Assembly: GCA_021613535.1 (NCBI GenBank)
Contig: CP075492.1
Coordinates: 16,554,001 to 16,618,000, forward strand
From: Adineta vaga
Lineage: Eukaryota; Animalia; Rotifera
DNA: 64,000 nucleotides
Reading direction: 5' to 3'
In this document: piece after piece, positions 37,624 to 52,194 of the stretch
How positions within the stretch are numbered: the first letter of the stretch is position 1
How the letters are laid out: every line of letters starts with the position of its first letter
Made by a program: the position numbers and the translations under genes
The notes under the pieces: generated by a model
The model's database searches: none
The model's input: the letters and a program-made list of their open reading frames with translations, nothing else
What the model was told of the DNA's origin: nothing

Positions 37624-39134
37624 ACCCCAAATTCTGGTCCCCAGATTCATCCCCAAATGTTAGACCTACTTGGCGTAATGAATCAAGAAGTTTAGAAAAT
37701 GGTGACTAACTGGGGATTTTTCAGACGAAAACCATCTTAGTTCAAGCTAGATTTAAGGTAGATTATACTTTGGCTCACTTTCTGGTCCCCAGAAACATCA
37801 GCACATATGGCCCCAACAAAGGGACGACAAATCAATTATTGTTGGTTCTGGTAATCAAATAGGGTGTTTTCTTGAAAAAATATGTATCCCCATGTCGACC
37901 AATCCCATACTCGGGTCCAATCGGAAAGCATAGGATTTTCTCGGATTCCCGATGACGGAATCGCATTGGAATCCGTCGGATCAACGGATCCCATCGGTTC
38001 CTATTAACGACGTGCGATGGTATCCAGTATCAAGGAACCGATCGGATCCTAGTATCGTGAACACCTGATTTCCACCATATTCCGATAAAATCCAACGAAT
38101 TCCAACATAAATGTTAAAATGAATATTATAAACAACCAAAAAGACGCATTAGATGAACCTGAAAAACGATATTCAAACTATTTGACGCTATTTATGAATA
38201 TACATTACCTAACTCCCACTGAAATACATATTTTCGAACCATTCACATTTTAAGCCGACCGTATTTTTCTTATTTCATACCTCATAACTCCATCATAAAG
38301 TATCATCCAAATAAATCTACGGCATCCACCATCTTAACAACCACAGCGCTGGTAACAGCGAGCGTTCTTCAACAATCTACATATAGCACAACAATAGATA
38401 TTCTCCATTGTCGTCTTCTATGACTACCAATTCCCACTGAAAACATTTGCTTAGCTAATATAACTGCCAGTTTCGTGCTTTCGCCAAGGCAACACTACCT
38501 ACCGATGTGCAAATACTGCTTATGAAAATAATTAACACTGCCAGGCGTCTCCAACAACTCAGAACGACATACTCAAAAGAAACGCAAACATCAACTCGCA
38601 TTTCTAACTATATCCACCGAAACACTCGGTTAATTCTCCACAAAACAACTTTCACATTAACATTCTTTCATATATTTCATGTCCTACGATTCTGAGAGCC
38701 AGAAAAATAGATCAGATTCCTCCATACCCTCCCTAAGCTACTATACAATCTACATAATCAACAATCCATCCTAAACCAGTCCAAACGAATCATACTCTAA
38801 TCGAGCATATACGAAATATAAGTAAAGGATTTTGAATCGAAAATATCCAGAGAAATCCTTCGTGACAGATATGAAGTGAATAATTAAAGGATTTTTAATC
38901 CGGGAAAAGACGAAGAAATTAGTTGTTTTCAAATTTTTTTAAATTCATTGGATATGATCGGAAGTGTAGTGGATTCCGACAATCGGATTGGTTGACATCT
39001 GTTGAACACACATATATATATGATATAAATATAGAAAAAAACTCCCAGTTGGTTACCAGTTTTTATATTCTTTGGTTAATTACCCCAAGTGGGGACTCAA
39101 TTCGGGGACGAATCTGAGGACCAGAATTTGGGGT
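37624..39134. mobile_element. Non-autonomous DNA-transposon-like element with ~100-bp imperfect TIRs; nested inner inverted repeat 37892-37905/38985-38998
   Basis: accccaaattctggtccccagattc... vs ...gaatctgaggaccagaatttggggt. Confidence 0.65.
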
Positions 39135-40303
39135 GGGTGTAAACGTGTGAAAGTGGATAATGTAGCGTGCGTCTGGATGAGAAACAAATTGGAGTGGTTT
39201 CCTCGTATATAAAGTTGCTGAATCAGTTGGTCTCACCTTTGGCACACGCAGGAAATACCTGTCTTCTACAGTCGAGGGTAAAGTGATTCGGCACGACGAG
39301 CGTTACTTGTTGATAAAACCAAAATCAGCTAAATTACTTAACAATACCTTAAACTTTAAATGTTCGTGTCACTAAATTATCGTGAAGAAATTTTATTTCT
39401 TATGATGTATTTATTTATACCCGATATTTTTTTGTTCAAGAGTTTGATCACATTGAGCAAACGCGTATATGAATTTATTAATTTCGACTCCATGAAAAAT
39501 GTTATCGGATAAGAGAAGTAAATAACTGATTATAAAAACAACCCTATCGCATATTTAAAAAATATGATAATCTAGTTTCATTTATCTATTAACTTTCTAA
39601 TGCTTATAAACATGTCTAGAATTCAGTTGATCGGTGAATTAAAATCAAATAGACTGAAAGGTGTGACTGAGAGTGAGGATGAAAGGGAAGCTGTTAGGCA
39701 GTCAATCAATATGCGTGTAGTTAAAAAAATGTCATTGAGACAGAGTGATCAGAAACACGGAAAAATATAATTTCTTTCTTTTTTTACGCCCCAAATACGC
39801 CTGCAGTTTTTTTTATTGTTTTTCCATTTTTCATCTACAACATATCTATTGACGAGAATGAGAGAATTATTGAAAACCGGTACGTCGTAAGGTTATCATT
39901 GGAGAAAGCGGTCACGCAGATATCTGTAAGAAAAGAACTTTTCCAAGTAACGCCAAATACAATAAATAGTACCTTATAGTTAATAGTCTGAATACATTCA
40001 CCTTGACAACTAATCGTCATTCTTTTCACAACAAAAGAAATTGCTTTTCTTCGATAAATATGTCTATGCCTGAGGTGTTGCATTACCTTTTGAAGTTTCA
40101 AAATGCATCAAAGAAATTGATCAACACTATGAATTTCATTGCGCAAAAGCTATTCATATGCACTATTAATGATAGGTACTGAAAAATAGGTACTTTTATT
40201 TTGTTGTTACCTTTGTTCGTAATTGATGAAAAATAGAAATATAAAAGCGCAACTTCGCTGCATCTATACTTCATTTTAATTTTTTTCATATATTTGAATA
40301 GAG

Positions 40304-42775
40304 ATGGTTGTTAATCAAGTTTTTGCGATCGGTTTATTCCTATATATCTCTACTGTTCATCCTGATCATTTTCGTGGTGGAACAATTACATGGTTAGTTA
40401 TTAAGAATTTCTATTCATTTTCTATATAGTCAGTTGTTCAAAGGCGCCCGTACAATACTACTCCATCTGGTAGTTCAGTAGATGTGATCATACGAGAACG
40501 ATGGTCATGGCGTCGTAGTTTTTTCAGTCCTGGCTGCGATGATGGTGTGATTGCTGCAAAAACTCCACTGCTGGGTAATGTCCAGGACCTGACGTGCGTC
40601 GCTGGTAGCTGTACTGGTTATTGGCCTAATATGCCCATACCGGTCTATTGTACTGATTACAGTGTTCCTATGGATGTTGCATCGGGTGAATATTACAAAA
40701 CATATACAATACCACTCAACAGTGGATTCACTCTTGCTTACACCACCTGTTGTTGGGTCTTCGAACTTGTTGTTGGTTCTTATGGATGGTGGTCTGTTGC
40801 CGCCAGAGTCAATACTGCTCTTCGACCCGATGGTCTTCTAAATAATAGTCCTATTGCTACCAATCTTCCAGTTATCTATAAAGAAGTAAATATTCAACAT
40901 GAACATGTTGTTCAAATGGATGATTTTGATAGGGATGATATATTAAAATGTCGATGGGCGACTTCAGCAACAACCACTATCAATAACTTTGATGAATGTG
41001 CTGGAATGTGCAACGGTGTACCTGGTGCTGTTCTTTTTCAAGAGAATTGCACTATTGTATTTACACTTGTACGAGTTAATTATTATGCAGGAGTTACTTT
41101 ACAAATTGAAGATTTTTATAACAGTGCAGCAGTTACATCAAATACACCAATGAGTTCTGTTCCTCTTCAATTTCTTTTCTATGGTTATGCAAAACCAACT
41201 TCTTGTTCTATATCACCACTTATTATCGGTAATCGACCAAATCGAGGTATATGTGACTTTTATTATTAATGAATCTTTGATTATTTCTCATTATTTATTT
41301 TTTGTAAGCATGTATTGGTGTAATGCCCAATGATAATATTACCGAAACTGTTATCATACAAGTTTTTTGTTCTGGACAAACTATTGTTGACTATGTATCT
41401 AGTGTACCAGTTGGAATGACAAAAAGTAAAATTTCTAATCCATCATCCGGTTTGTACTTTTATCAAAGAATTATCTTTGTTTCATTTAATATTTGTAATT
41501 TGTAGGCATATTTACTATAATTCTTAGTTGGGTTCCAATTCAAAGTCAATATGGTCCGCAAGGTGTTTGTTTTGGAGCTGTTGATAATAATAGTCTTCAA
41601 TCAAATCAATGGTGTATTACATTTTTAGTTGGTTTTCGATCACCTGATATTGTTTACCCAAGCTTAGTTCAAGGTTCAGCATCACCAATTGGCACAGTAT
41701 TTCAAAATCATACTCTCTTTTCTTTTCAAAGTAAAATATTTCTTCGAAATTTTATAATATGAATTTCTTTCGTTTTTAGCAACAAAATCAGTTAGTCGTC
41801 CAACACGTAATGGTACATATATTTCTTTCTATGATTCCACCACTGGTAGTCCGACACTTGTACAACAATTCGATTGTGGTTGGCAAACAGAAGTAACATA
41901 TACTGGTTTGACAGTTGTTATTCGTTTTCCAGTTGCACCATGGATTCCAGGACATTCGTATTATGTTAATATGGATAGCGGTATGAAAGAAGTTTTTTCT
42001 TTAAATATTTCATCTTTGATTAATCTTTAGGTGTGGCTAGTGGAAGTGAATTTTGTCGTAAGTTAATTTATCTATGATATTATGTGGAAAAATAACATTT
42101 TGTTTAAGATCCTGAATCTGCTCCAATCACTGATAAAACATTTTGGGTTTTTAATATTTGGAATCCTGCTGTTTCATCAACAACAACAACAACGACGACA
42201 CCTTTTACTACAATAACAGCAACAACAAGACGAACATCAACAACTAGTATTAATACATTAGTAAGATTATGATCATTTTTTTTTATCAATTTTTTTATCT
42301 CTATTTTGATAGTTAACTACAACCGGAATTGCTATAACAACTACAACTCCAAGAACAACAAGAACAACAGCAAATGCAACATCTTCACCTCTAACAACAA
42401 CTTGTAAGAAAAAATATCTAGTTTTTAATTTAAATAAGAAGTAATTTATTTCTTCACTTGTTTTTGTTTTCAACAGTATCAGGTGTAACTATGACTGGTG
42501 TTACAAGTGGATCTACTGTTGCTGTTATGAGTGTGAAAGATTTCGTAAATTTCTGCTTTTCTTATTATATTTTCGTCTAAAGAATAACCTTTTAGGAAAC
42601 TGCTTGTATGCAACCAATTACAATTGTGAATGCTCTTCTGTTAGGTGTAATGATACCAATCCAAGCTGCAGCTATGTATGGCATCTTCACAAAACTTTCA
42701 GCTCGATTCAGCAAAGCAGAGATCGATGCACGACGCAGACATCAGAGACGAATGAAAAGAATTAACAGACCATAA
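40304..42775 (+). CDS. Multi-exon type I membrane protein with HFRGGTITW N-terminus (copy B)
   Basis: Inverted copy of 34199-36673 with the same exon structure. Confidence 0.8.
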
Positions 42776-45090
42776 AAATTTACATTAAACATTATTTCAT
42801 TTTCACATTAAAAATGAACATTTCGATTTTCAAATTTGATCAATAAAGTGTGGTGTTTTTTTTAAAGAAATAAACAAGATAACGCTCGTCGAGAGTGACT
42901 CACTTTATCTCCGACTGAAGGGTTAACGTCAGCTAAATTTTCTGTTTTGCTTCACCAAAGAAGTTTTCATTTTAGAAATGTCTTTTCAGTAATTTATGAA
43001 GTAATTTTGTCACAGCTAACTATACGTGGCAGAAAAGTATTTTATACAGCATATATATGGTGGAATAGAAATTTATTGAAAACGAATCTAAATTAAAAAT
43101 GAAAATAAAAGTTAAATCTTGTCGTGGAGCACTATGCTCCAGGGCATAGCGAAAAAGAAATCGAATACAAAATGAAAAGTAATATGTAAAATTTGTTATT
43201 AATATTATATCGTATTTATATAATTTCATAAAGAAAATCAAAATATTTTTCGTTAAATATTTATAATCAACATATTTATGTTTATACTTTATATTTTCTT
43301 TTGTTTCATTAACTCTAACCTCTCTATTTTATATATTACCATCACCAACCAATATAGAAGAGAGTGTTTCTCTTCATTTAGAAAAAGTCTTCGACTTATT
43401 CTTTTGTTCACTATCTAATTCAGTTGATATTTATATTATATTTTGAAATATCATTCATATGAAATATCGTCCTTGTTTAATGTCTTTTTTTATAAAAACG
43501 CTCTTGTCATCTATTCTATATTGTATTTCTCTATTCTTCACCTTGTCTTTTTATCATTGCTCGTTCTTTTTGCTCCCTTGTTCTGTATTATATGAAACAT
43601 TACTGAAGTATGAAACAATGTAGAGAACAGATTATATTGAGAATAACAATAATTCTATTATTCTCGTTTGTCATTGAAATCATAAATAAAAAGAAATAGA
43701 TGCTACACTAGTAACAATAATGATATTTTTCATTAATTAAAATCCATTTTTTCGAATTTAAATGAAGTGAAAATAAAGTAGAATAATGAAATTTATATCG
43801 ACGTACAATTTAGTCGGAATTATATCTCTAAAATAATTATTAAAAGTGTTATTAAATGATTTCTAAACTATTAATTAAATATTTGTATAAATTTTATATC
43901 TTGTTATTTTTTCATTGTGATCTTGCAATAAAACGTCGGTTATTGTGCGTAAAAGCCATATCACTATACATTTTGCTTCATGACATAAAAGAAAAAGAAT
44001 GATGACTGATCGATTGCTCTGACATGAGTTGTTTTTTAAAACAAAATATTATGTATATGATAGGTAACTATCATTTCAAGTGTATTGACAGATTAGAAAT
44101 GGTTTTTACCAGTCCTAATCGAAATGATATATTACCTTCAATAACATATTGTGTGAATGATCGATATTTTGTCTTACGGTATTCATCTTTTATAAAAAAA
44201 AAACTTAGTTTTATTTATGTTAAATATAGAATAAATTATTAAAAAAAATCAAAGAAAGGATGGGAAGCTTTTTACTATTGAATGAAATAATTTCTTTGAT
44301 ATTTTTTTGTAAAAATTTTCACTAAGATACATTGACACTTTTCATACGGAATTATTGTTGTACTAGAAATATTAGACTGGATGATTTAAGAGGAACAAAT
44401 GTTCAGAAAGATCGTGTTTTGACTTTGAAAAAGGTTATTCTATCAAAGCAAACTCTTGATACCAGCAATAAAAAATGTCGTCGGTTTTCAATAAATTCTT
44501 AAAGGTTATTTGATGGTACTAATATAGTATAGCTATACTCGATTATTATTACTACAACTGATATGTGAGTGACGATATCTTTTTCGTTTCTACTTTCATT
44601 CATGACTATTGGATTTGCAATGCAAACGGGGTACATCGTATCACAATCTCACTAGTTTCCTTTTATATTGTTTTGTTTTTAAATCTTTTTTTTGTCGTGG
44701 AAAAGTTTATCGTGTCTAGGTATGTTCTTATACGTTTCATTCTATTAAGAATAATGAAGGTAATGATCTGTTGACCTTCTTTTCTCATTATTTGATTATA
44801 TTGAACATATTTTCATACGTCAGAAAAAATGAAGGTAATATGAAGATTAACGCAAAACACATAAACAAATTTATCCTCCACATCTTCACCCTCTATTAAC
44901 CGTGCTCAAATTTGAAACATAACAAAGTGTGCGAAGAACAGTAGTATTATTTTTTTCTCCGTCCTACGCACTAGATCAATATATATATATATAGCAAAGT
45001 ACGCCAGTCAAAATTACATACATCTACAACAAGTAACATCAACGGATTTATTTACATTCTTTCGACTATGATCAATACTAAATCCCCAAC

Positions 45091-45403
45091 ATGGTCTCTA
45101 CTACCAAACTGATTTATGTTCTTGCTGTTTTCATTGCTGTGATAGCTGTATCTATGGCATGGAACAATGAGGAAAGTAATGAAGATGCTATGAGTATTGG
45201 CTAGAAAAATTTGATCCTTCGCAAGCTCATGGAGCAGACATTTGGCAAACGTAGATCTTGCGATAGTGCTTTTGGTAGTATTTGTACTACGCCAGATTCA
45301 ACTTGTTGTAAGGACGAATAATGAAGGTACTTGCCGTCGTCATAGGTATTACAAAAATGGGTGATTGGTTGATGGTACTGGCTATGTTTGTGTACGCCAC
45401 TGA
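45091..45403 (+). pseudogene. Knottin/ICK-framework prepropeptide (toxin/antimicrobial-like), disrupted
   Basis: Signal peptide, acidic propeptide, KRR, then C-x7-C-x6-CC...C...C; TAG at 45202, frameshift ~45317, TGA ~45362. Confidence 0.65.
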
Positions 45404-47580
45404 GCTAATGCATTAGTAAGTTAAATATTTATTAGTTTTGAATGAAAGGCTAAATATATGTTCTGTCTTCGCAGTAAACCATGATATTGGCCGTCTCATG
45501 GTTATTAAACAAAGACTTCTTTCTTTGAACTTTTTCGCTTTTTTTATACCTATTTTTTTCTTCCGCATCACTAGTTTAATAAAATAAATGATTTAAATAC
45601 AGTATAGTGTTCTTTCTAGTTTGTTTAATTTTCTTTTACGAAGATGTTGATTGCGAAAACATATTTTAAGCTTCATTAACAGGAGTGTCAGTGTCCCTGT
45701 ATATCTGGTCGACGGATCCGATTGGAACGTAACGATGACGATTAGAATCGCTTGGTCAGTAACCTTTCCATCAATGACTGTGCTGGACTGGTATTTGTTT
45801 CTAAATGGGACTCAGTATCCTAAATGGATCGATAGTTGATTATGGCTCTTCAGAGCTAAGACCCTGACTTCACACCCTCATGTGCACAAGTATTTAATTA
45901 ACTTATTAACACGTTTTTATAATTCTATTTTTCATGGTTTTAATTTTACCACAAGAAACATGAATCTAATGAATCAGTTACGTCTTCGATTCAATATTTT
46001 TGTATGTATTGTGTGGTACAGCTTGACTTTTATTAACGATAAGAATTGATCGATGGCTTCGTATTCGTTTTCCATATTGAGTCAAAGTACGTTGCAGAAG
46101 AAATAGAGTCACTATTGGTACATGTGTTATTCTGATTTTTTCTACTCTTCTCAACTCTCACTTAGCATTACCATCAATAAATGTTGTTTCTGGCGCGATT
46201 GTATATTCTGCTACTCCAACATTGAGCCCAACATATCAATACTTTTATTTGACGGTAAATATTTCTCCTAATATTTAGTATTAACATGTTTATTGAACTT
46301 TGTCGTCAACAACAAGAAAAATCATAACTACAACGTGGACGTCGTGTTTTTCTGGATCGGTCAATTATCTTAATTATAATATCATGTATTTTTCTTGTTT
46401 CCCTTGACTGAAAGGAGGGTTTTGGAGCAAAAAAAGAGGTGTGAAAAACTGTAATTCGTCTGTATGTCTGTCGCGGGTCAATGGTCAAAAGAACTCGATA
46501 TACGATCGGTTATGACGTGAAATAAACAAGTTTCTAAAATTCTAGGGTTATTCATTGGCACAGCGGTTTCTGATAATGGGACTTAGATAGATGAAAGTGT
46601 TTCATGGTCTAACTTTAGTCACATTTGTTCCTTTGACCTTGGATTTTGGGTAGATCGTGTTTCTTCATTCCAGAAGTTGAGCCACTTATGGATTTTTCGA
46701 TGCTTCCCCATGGACCAATATAAGGTTGTATCGGGTTGGATATTGAGTCAGTCAAAAATTCTATAATAGTTCGGATAAACGACTCTTTTTAATCACAGTG
46801 TCTCGTGCGATCGATGAGTGGCTCCCTCAAGCAGTGCTGACGAACAACTAGCTGTTCGACTGTATCATTAATAATTTAGCATTGCTAAGACTACTTAGAA
46901 ACATTCCAGAATGATTAAGCTTAGTTCGATTTGTTCATCATATTGGATTGTTCTGTCCACTGTAATAAAGGTCATACGAAAAAACAAACTTTGTATATGT
47001 GTTTGAGAGCGCTGATATTGGTCAAGAGAATATCTTTAAAGACTATAGACATAGGTCAAAGATACACAGTTATGATAGCATCAAGAGGCTCTGAAGGGCT
47101 ATAATATGGAGGTGTTATAGATTCTGAAAGGTGCAATTCAATAAGCTCATATGACTGTAAGATCTGTAAAGAATATAACACTACATGATCGAAAACTACG
47201 GAAACTATTGGAATAGTAATTTATATATAAATAATAATTCCGTAAGGTCTTGTTTGAACTACAAAATTGTTGAAATGCGTTTGCTCCGTTTGAACGAACT
47301 GCCATACATCGTTTGCTATTATCACATTTTATAGAATTGTTTGATCCTTCGTGAAAGCACCATTCAATGCTCAATAGGAAAATATTTAATTAGAACTGAT
47401 ATATTGTCGACACTATACCACATTCTCCTATATACTTTAATACGTATGATATGTTGAAAAGCAAATTATTTCTCACATCCATCTCATCCAGAACAGGCAT
47501 ATTCAACTTTTACTGTGAATATAACATTTAATGTATCTATTATTGTTAGATTAAAATCCAATCGAATTCCACTATCAGAT

Positions 47581-47624
47581 AAATCACTTGGTGGGTGTCT
47601 TTTTTCTTTACCCACACCTGATTT
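47581..47624. repeat. Telomere-like hairpin element
   Basis: aaatcacttggtgggtg-tcttttttctt-tacccacacctgattt. Confidence 0.7.
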
Positions 47625-47712
47625 TATTATACTTTTAATAGAAAAAAAAAACTCTTTGACAGATGTTTGACAGAATTCAACTGTCATATGCCGTTTAGAA
47701 TTCTTTTATCTA

Positions 47713-50700
47713 CTAAAGTAAATTGATTTGAAATGTTCGGATTTGCATTGGATTGAGAGTAATTGATGTCGTATTAGATGAATATTGTTCTTAAAAATGA
47801 TAAATAGAAGGAAAAAAATCTAGATAGAACTTAAAGAAAAGATAACTTACGAATCTTCTTATTTTTCGATGATTGTTGATCTTTTATCATCCAATCCAAT
47901 CGATGAAGTTCAGACAAAGGTAAATTCGCAGTTAATATCAATTCAGTTGTATTTTGTATAATACCAATACTTTTAAATAAAGTTTGAAGATCAATAGTTA
48001 CTGGTTGTGAATAATCTTGATCTTCATGAATTTCAAAATAATGTTCAAGACGAACGAGATATTGTTTAGGAGATAATTGATCGAATGTTAGTAAATGTAC
48101 ATTCAATGGCATTACATCCGTTAGACTTGACCAAGTTTGACGAAATATTTTCGAATAATTTGTATGAGATGATGTATTTGGCAAGGAGTAAGTTGCTAGT
48201 GGATGCATAAATAATTGTTGAGCATTCGTACGATGTAATCGAACACTGTCTATTGGTGTATCAAAAAGAAGAAGATGTTTACCAGAAATAACAAGACCTT
48301 TGTTATAAGCTGTTTCATTTAAAGCTTCTCCAACACCCATGGAATCATCGTGCAATAATCGACGGTGAATCATCACTTCTACTGATCCATCATACATACT
48401 TCCGCCACCCTGCGATCGATCTGTGAAATATACAGAATGAAAGGAATTATGAAATACGAAACGACATCTAATAATTACCAGTTAAAATAGTAAATTGTCG
48501 ATTTTCATCTCGAATCCAAATACGACTATTAATTGGATAATAATTACTACTAATAGGATCATCAAGTATATGATGCCATGTTGGTCGATAATTACGAATA
48601 CGTTCAAGAACTTGACGTCCATTCGCATCGGTATAATATTTCTTTTTACTATTAATATTCGTATTGTAACGAATAATAATCTCTTTACCAACATTATCAT
48701 CAATTGGAATAGGTCCAACTATAAATTCAACTTCAACTGCTGATATATTAGGATACAGATTGAATTCATAACTAGCCCATTCGTTGAAAATAATCGATGC
48801 TTTTTGTACCGTATCTGTTTTCGTACAATTTCTATAGTGTGTTATTTTTCAAAATCAATCTCATCTATTTACAAGAATGACTTACATACGACGCAGAACA
48901 CTCACAGGTTGTGCTTCTGGAAACAATGGTCGAAATATATAAGCACCTGACGCTGGTGACACTGCGCTACTATGATTATGAGTATAACCAGTATAATAAT
49001 ATAGACCTTGCTCAATAAATGTTACAGGCAAATTCTTTGCTAAATTAACAATACGTTTCAAATCACCTAATTCATTGAATTCTACACGTAAAAGCTAAAA
49101 ACGTATAATAATCGTAAATCATCTTATCAATATATCAAGATACAGATATAATATCTTACTTCATTCTGTAGAATACATGCTTCATTTGTTGTCGTTATTA
49201 CTTTCTTTGTTTCAACTACTTGATCTTTTGCTTCAAAATAATATGTATTAAAACCGAGAGCTGGTAATGAAGCTTTAAAAATATACTGATTTTGAGTAGA
49301 ACTTATTCGACCAGGAATATTTTTCGTTGGATTAGAAATCGGAAGATACTCCGCTGGAACAATATTGCCCATCGGATCATAAATTGAATATTGTCTTGTC
49401 ACCGGTACACGATGATAAATTGTAACTGGATGAATAGTTGGATTCCAAAGTGTTATAGTAAACTAAACGCTAAAATTCTATATTTTATTGGTACGAAGAA
49501 TTATGCGTACTTGTTTTTGTTCTTCAATTGGAAGACATGCACTTATATTCGAATATGGACAAAGAAATTGATATGGAACTGATGATATTTGACCTTCTTT
49601 AGGTAACAATTTTGCATAAGCACTATTAATAACTTCCTAAAGAATATTACTCGTTACAATACTGTATCGAGTACATCATATATGAAAACATACAATCGAT
49701 CGATCAATACCATCCGAAAGTCGTTGAGCATAATCATCTGCTACATGTTGTTTTGATGTTCCACTAACTGCATCATGATGTTGAGCTAATCCCATAGCTT
49801 CACCTATGAAAAGCAATGAATTTAGTTAATGGATTAAATATATATGTACATGTTTTCTTACTCAAATCAAAAATAGAACTACGCAGATTTGATTGTGAAA
49901 ATCCATTCAATTGACGAGTTACTTGAAGAATATTATTAGCATATCGTTCATAACGTTTTAATGCTGGTCTCGACGTAAAATAACCTGTCCAATATACAAA
50001 AGGCGTACTTGCATATGGAAAGAAATCATCTGTCTTTGTTGACCATTCTATTTGTGCTTTATTCAAAGCATATAAATAACATGATGGTGTTGAATAGAAG
50101 ACATTCACCTTACTACCATTTTCTTGCTAAAATAACATATTCATAGATTAGGAATAAAAAAATGAGATACTGATATGTACTTGAAGATTAACATAATGAA
50201 TTAATTTATCTAAATTTTTGAAATTTTCAAGAGCATTCTGTGCAGCAAAATCATCACCCATTGTCATAATGATATGATTAGTAGCATAAAGTTGAGCCTA
50301 TTAGATTAATAAAAGTAATATTTTATTAAAAAAAAAAACACTTCCTTCTCAACAAACTTGAGTCAATGCTTCACCAATAAACGCTTCAACACGTTCTGGT
50401 ACATTGTAATCGTGTAAATTTGGATCATCCTAAAATGATTGAATTTTAACAAAGACTCTTAACATGAATAGATAATAAAGCACCATAATTGGTGGATCAC
50501 GACAGGTAATATCATAACAAAATGTAGGTGGAGTCATATAATAAAGTGGTAGAATACCGGTGAAAAGCCAATTTTGATGATCTGAGAACATTTAAACTGA
50601 GATTTTATACGAAAAAGAAAGTACGAACCTAATAAATCAGCAGTTGTTTGCCAAACCATTTCTCTTGTTCGTTGCAAAGAACGAATAACTAAATCATGAT

Positions 50701-51521
50701 AATCGGCACGTCCAAAAAATAATCCATCAAAACCCATCTAGAAGAGACATATGATCTATATCAACAATCAAATTTCTGAAGAATAACCTGTGCAAAGAGT
50801 GATGCCACTTCTTTTGAATGGCCAAAAGGATCGATTTGCCAACCAATTTTTGGTCGAGCACATTCACCAAATGTATCATGTAAAAATTCAGCACCTAAAG
50901 CATGTTGATCAATAATTGAATTGTAATGAGTTGCTGCTTCATCAATCATCGACCAACCACCCGAAATAAATTCCAAACGACCTATTTATATCTGTATTAA
51001 ATAAAATATACTGTGGATCGAATGGAGACGAACCTTCATTAACCAGTTGCTTAACAAGATTACGTGTGTCATTTGATTGTTGATTCCACCAACGCCAAAA
51101 GAAGGCTATTTCAACATAAATAAATCGACGATCAGGATTATCCGCCAATGCCATCATCACGGAATCAAGAATATATTGGACACCTCGTTTGACAATTTCT
51201 CTACGTGCTAAATAAACAGATAACAATCAGAACCTTATCAATGAATGTAGATGTAACTCACATCCATAATAATATTGATCGACTGTTTTTAACCAACCGA
51301 CATCATCATGTGTATGTACAACCAGATGCACATTGATTTTATCAGGTTTACCCAAATTACATGACTAAAATATATGATTAAATATTTATTTCAAATGAAT
51401 TCGTTATCTATCTATCTATCTATCTGACATCATAACCACAATTGCTTGACGATTTATATGGTGCTCCAATACTTTGTGTCACAATAAACAGTAGAAGTAC
51501 ACAACATTCTACTGTGTACAT
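47713..51521 (-). CDS. MAN2B1: Lysosomal alpha-mannosidase (GH38), multi-exon
   Basis: [49 protein letters not shown]-terminal LNPMQIRTF; signal peptide exon. Confidence 0.92.
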
Positions 51522-51955
51522 GGTCTTTAGATGTGAGTTTTATTACTGTAATGCTAATATTGATAACAAGATAGAAGATGTGTGCGTGTATAGGTGTGCT
51601 TCAATTTGAAAGTTAAAGATAAAAATATTCTTTACTAACGTATAGGCGCAAAGATAATAATAAAAAAAAGTGTTCTATATATATTATATCAACATATAAT
51701 AAATGCTCGATTGATCTCATCGGAGAATCGTTGGGCTAGTTCCATGATTGTAACGACTTCATTTTATTTTAAAAACAACAGCTGTTGAAAAGGATTTCAT
51801 TTTGACTATTCAACTAAAGTATGGTCTTTAGCATGCAGTTATACAACGAATGTAAAAAATGTTGGCTTATTTGAATAGTCATATTGAACATATTCAGAAT
51901 TTGTCTCGATTACTCATAAGTTTGTATAAACTTCATCATATAGAGATAAGCACCA

Positions 51956-51990
51956 AGGGTGTGGGTATGATAATCATGTTTCACTCAACA
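51956..51990. repeat. Degenerate telomere-like hairpin element
   Basis: agggtgtgggtatg...ttcactcaaca. Confidence 0.5.
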
Positions 51991-52194
51991 TTTCATTAGT
52001 ATGATTGTGTTTGGAGCAAGTCAAATTCTGTTAAAAGTAACATCGATGAGTCTCTTTTTTTTGTAAATTATACATTCGGAAAAATAAATCTATAGATAAT
52101 ATTCAAATCGATCAAGAAATGAATTCAATTAATATTAGAAAAAAATATGAACTGCTATAAATGTAATTGATTAAATTTGAATAGAAGGATACTT

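Larger units (their letters stand above)
34160..42814. repeat. Large inverted duplication: arms 34160-37004 and 39974-42814, ~3-kb spacer
   Basis: Arms are reverse complements over ~2.85 kb, including introns and upstream region. Confidence 0.95.
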
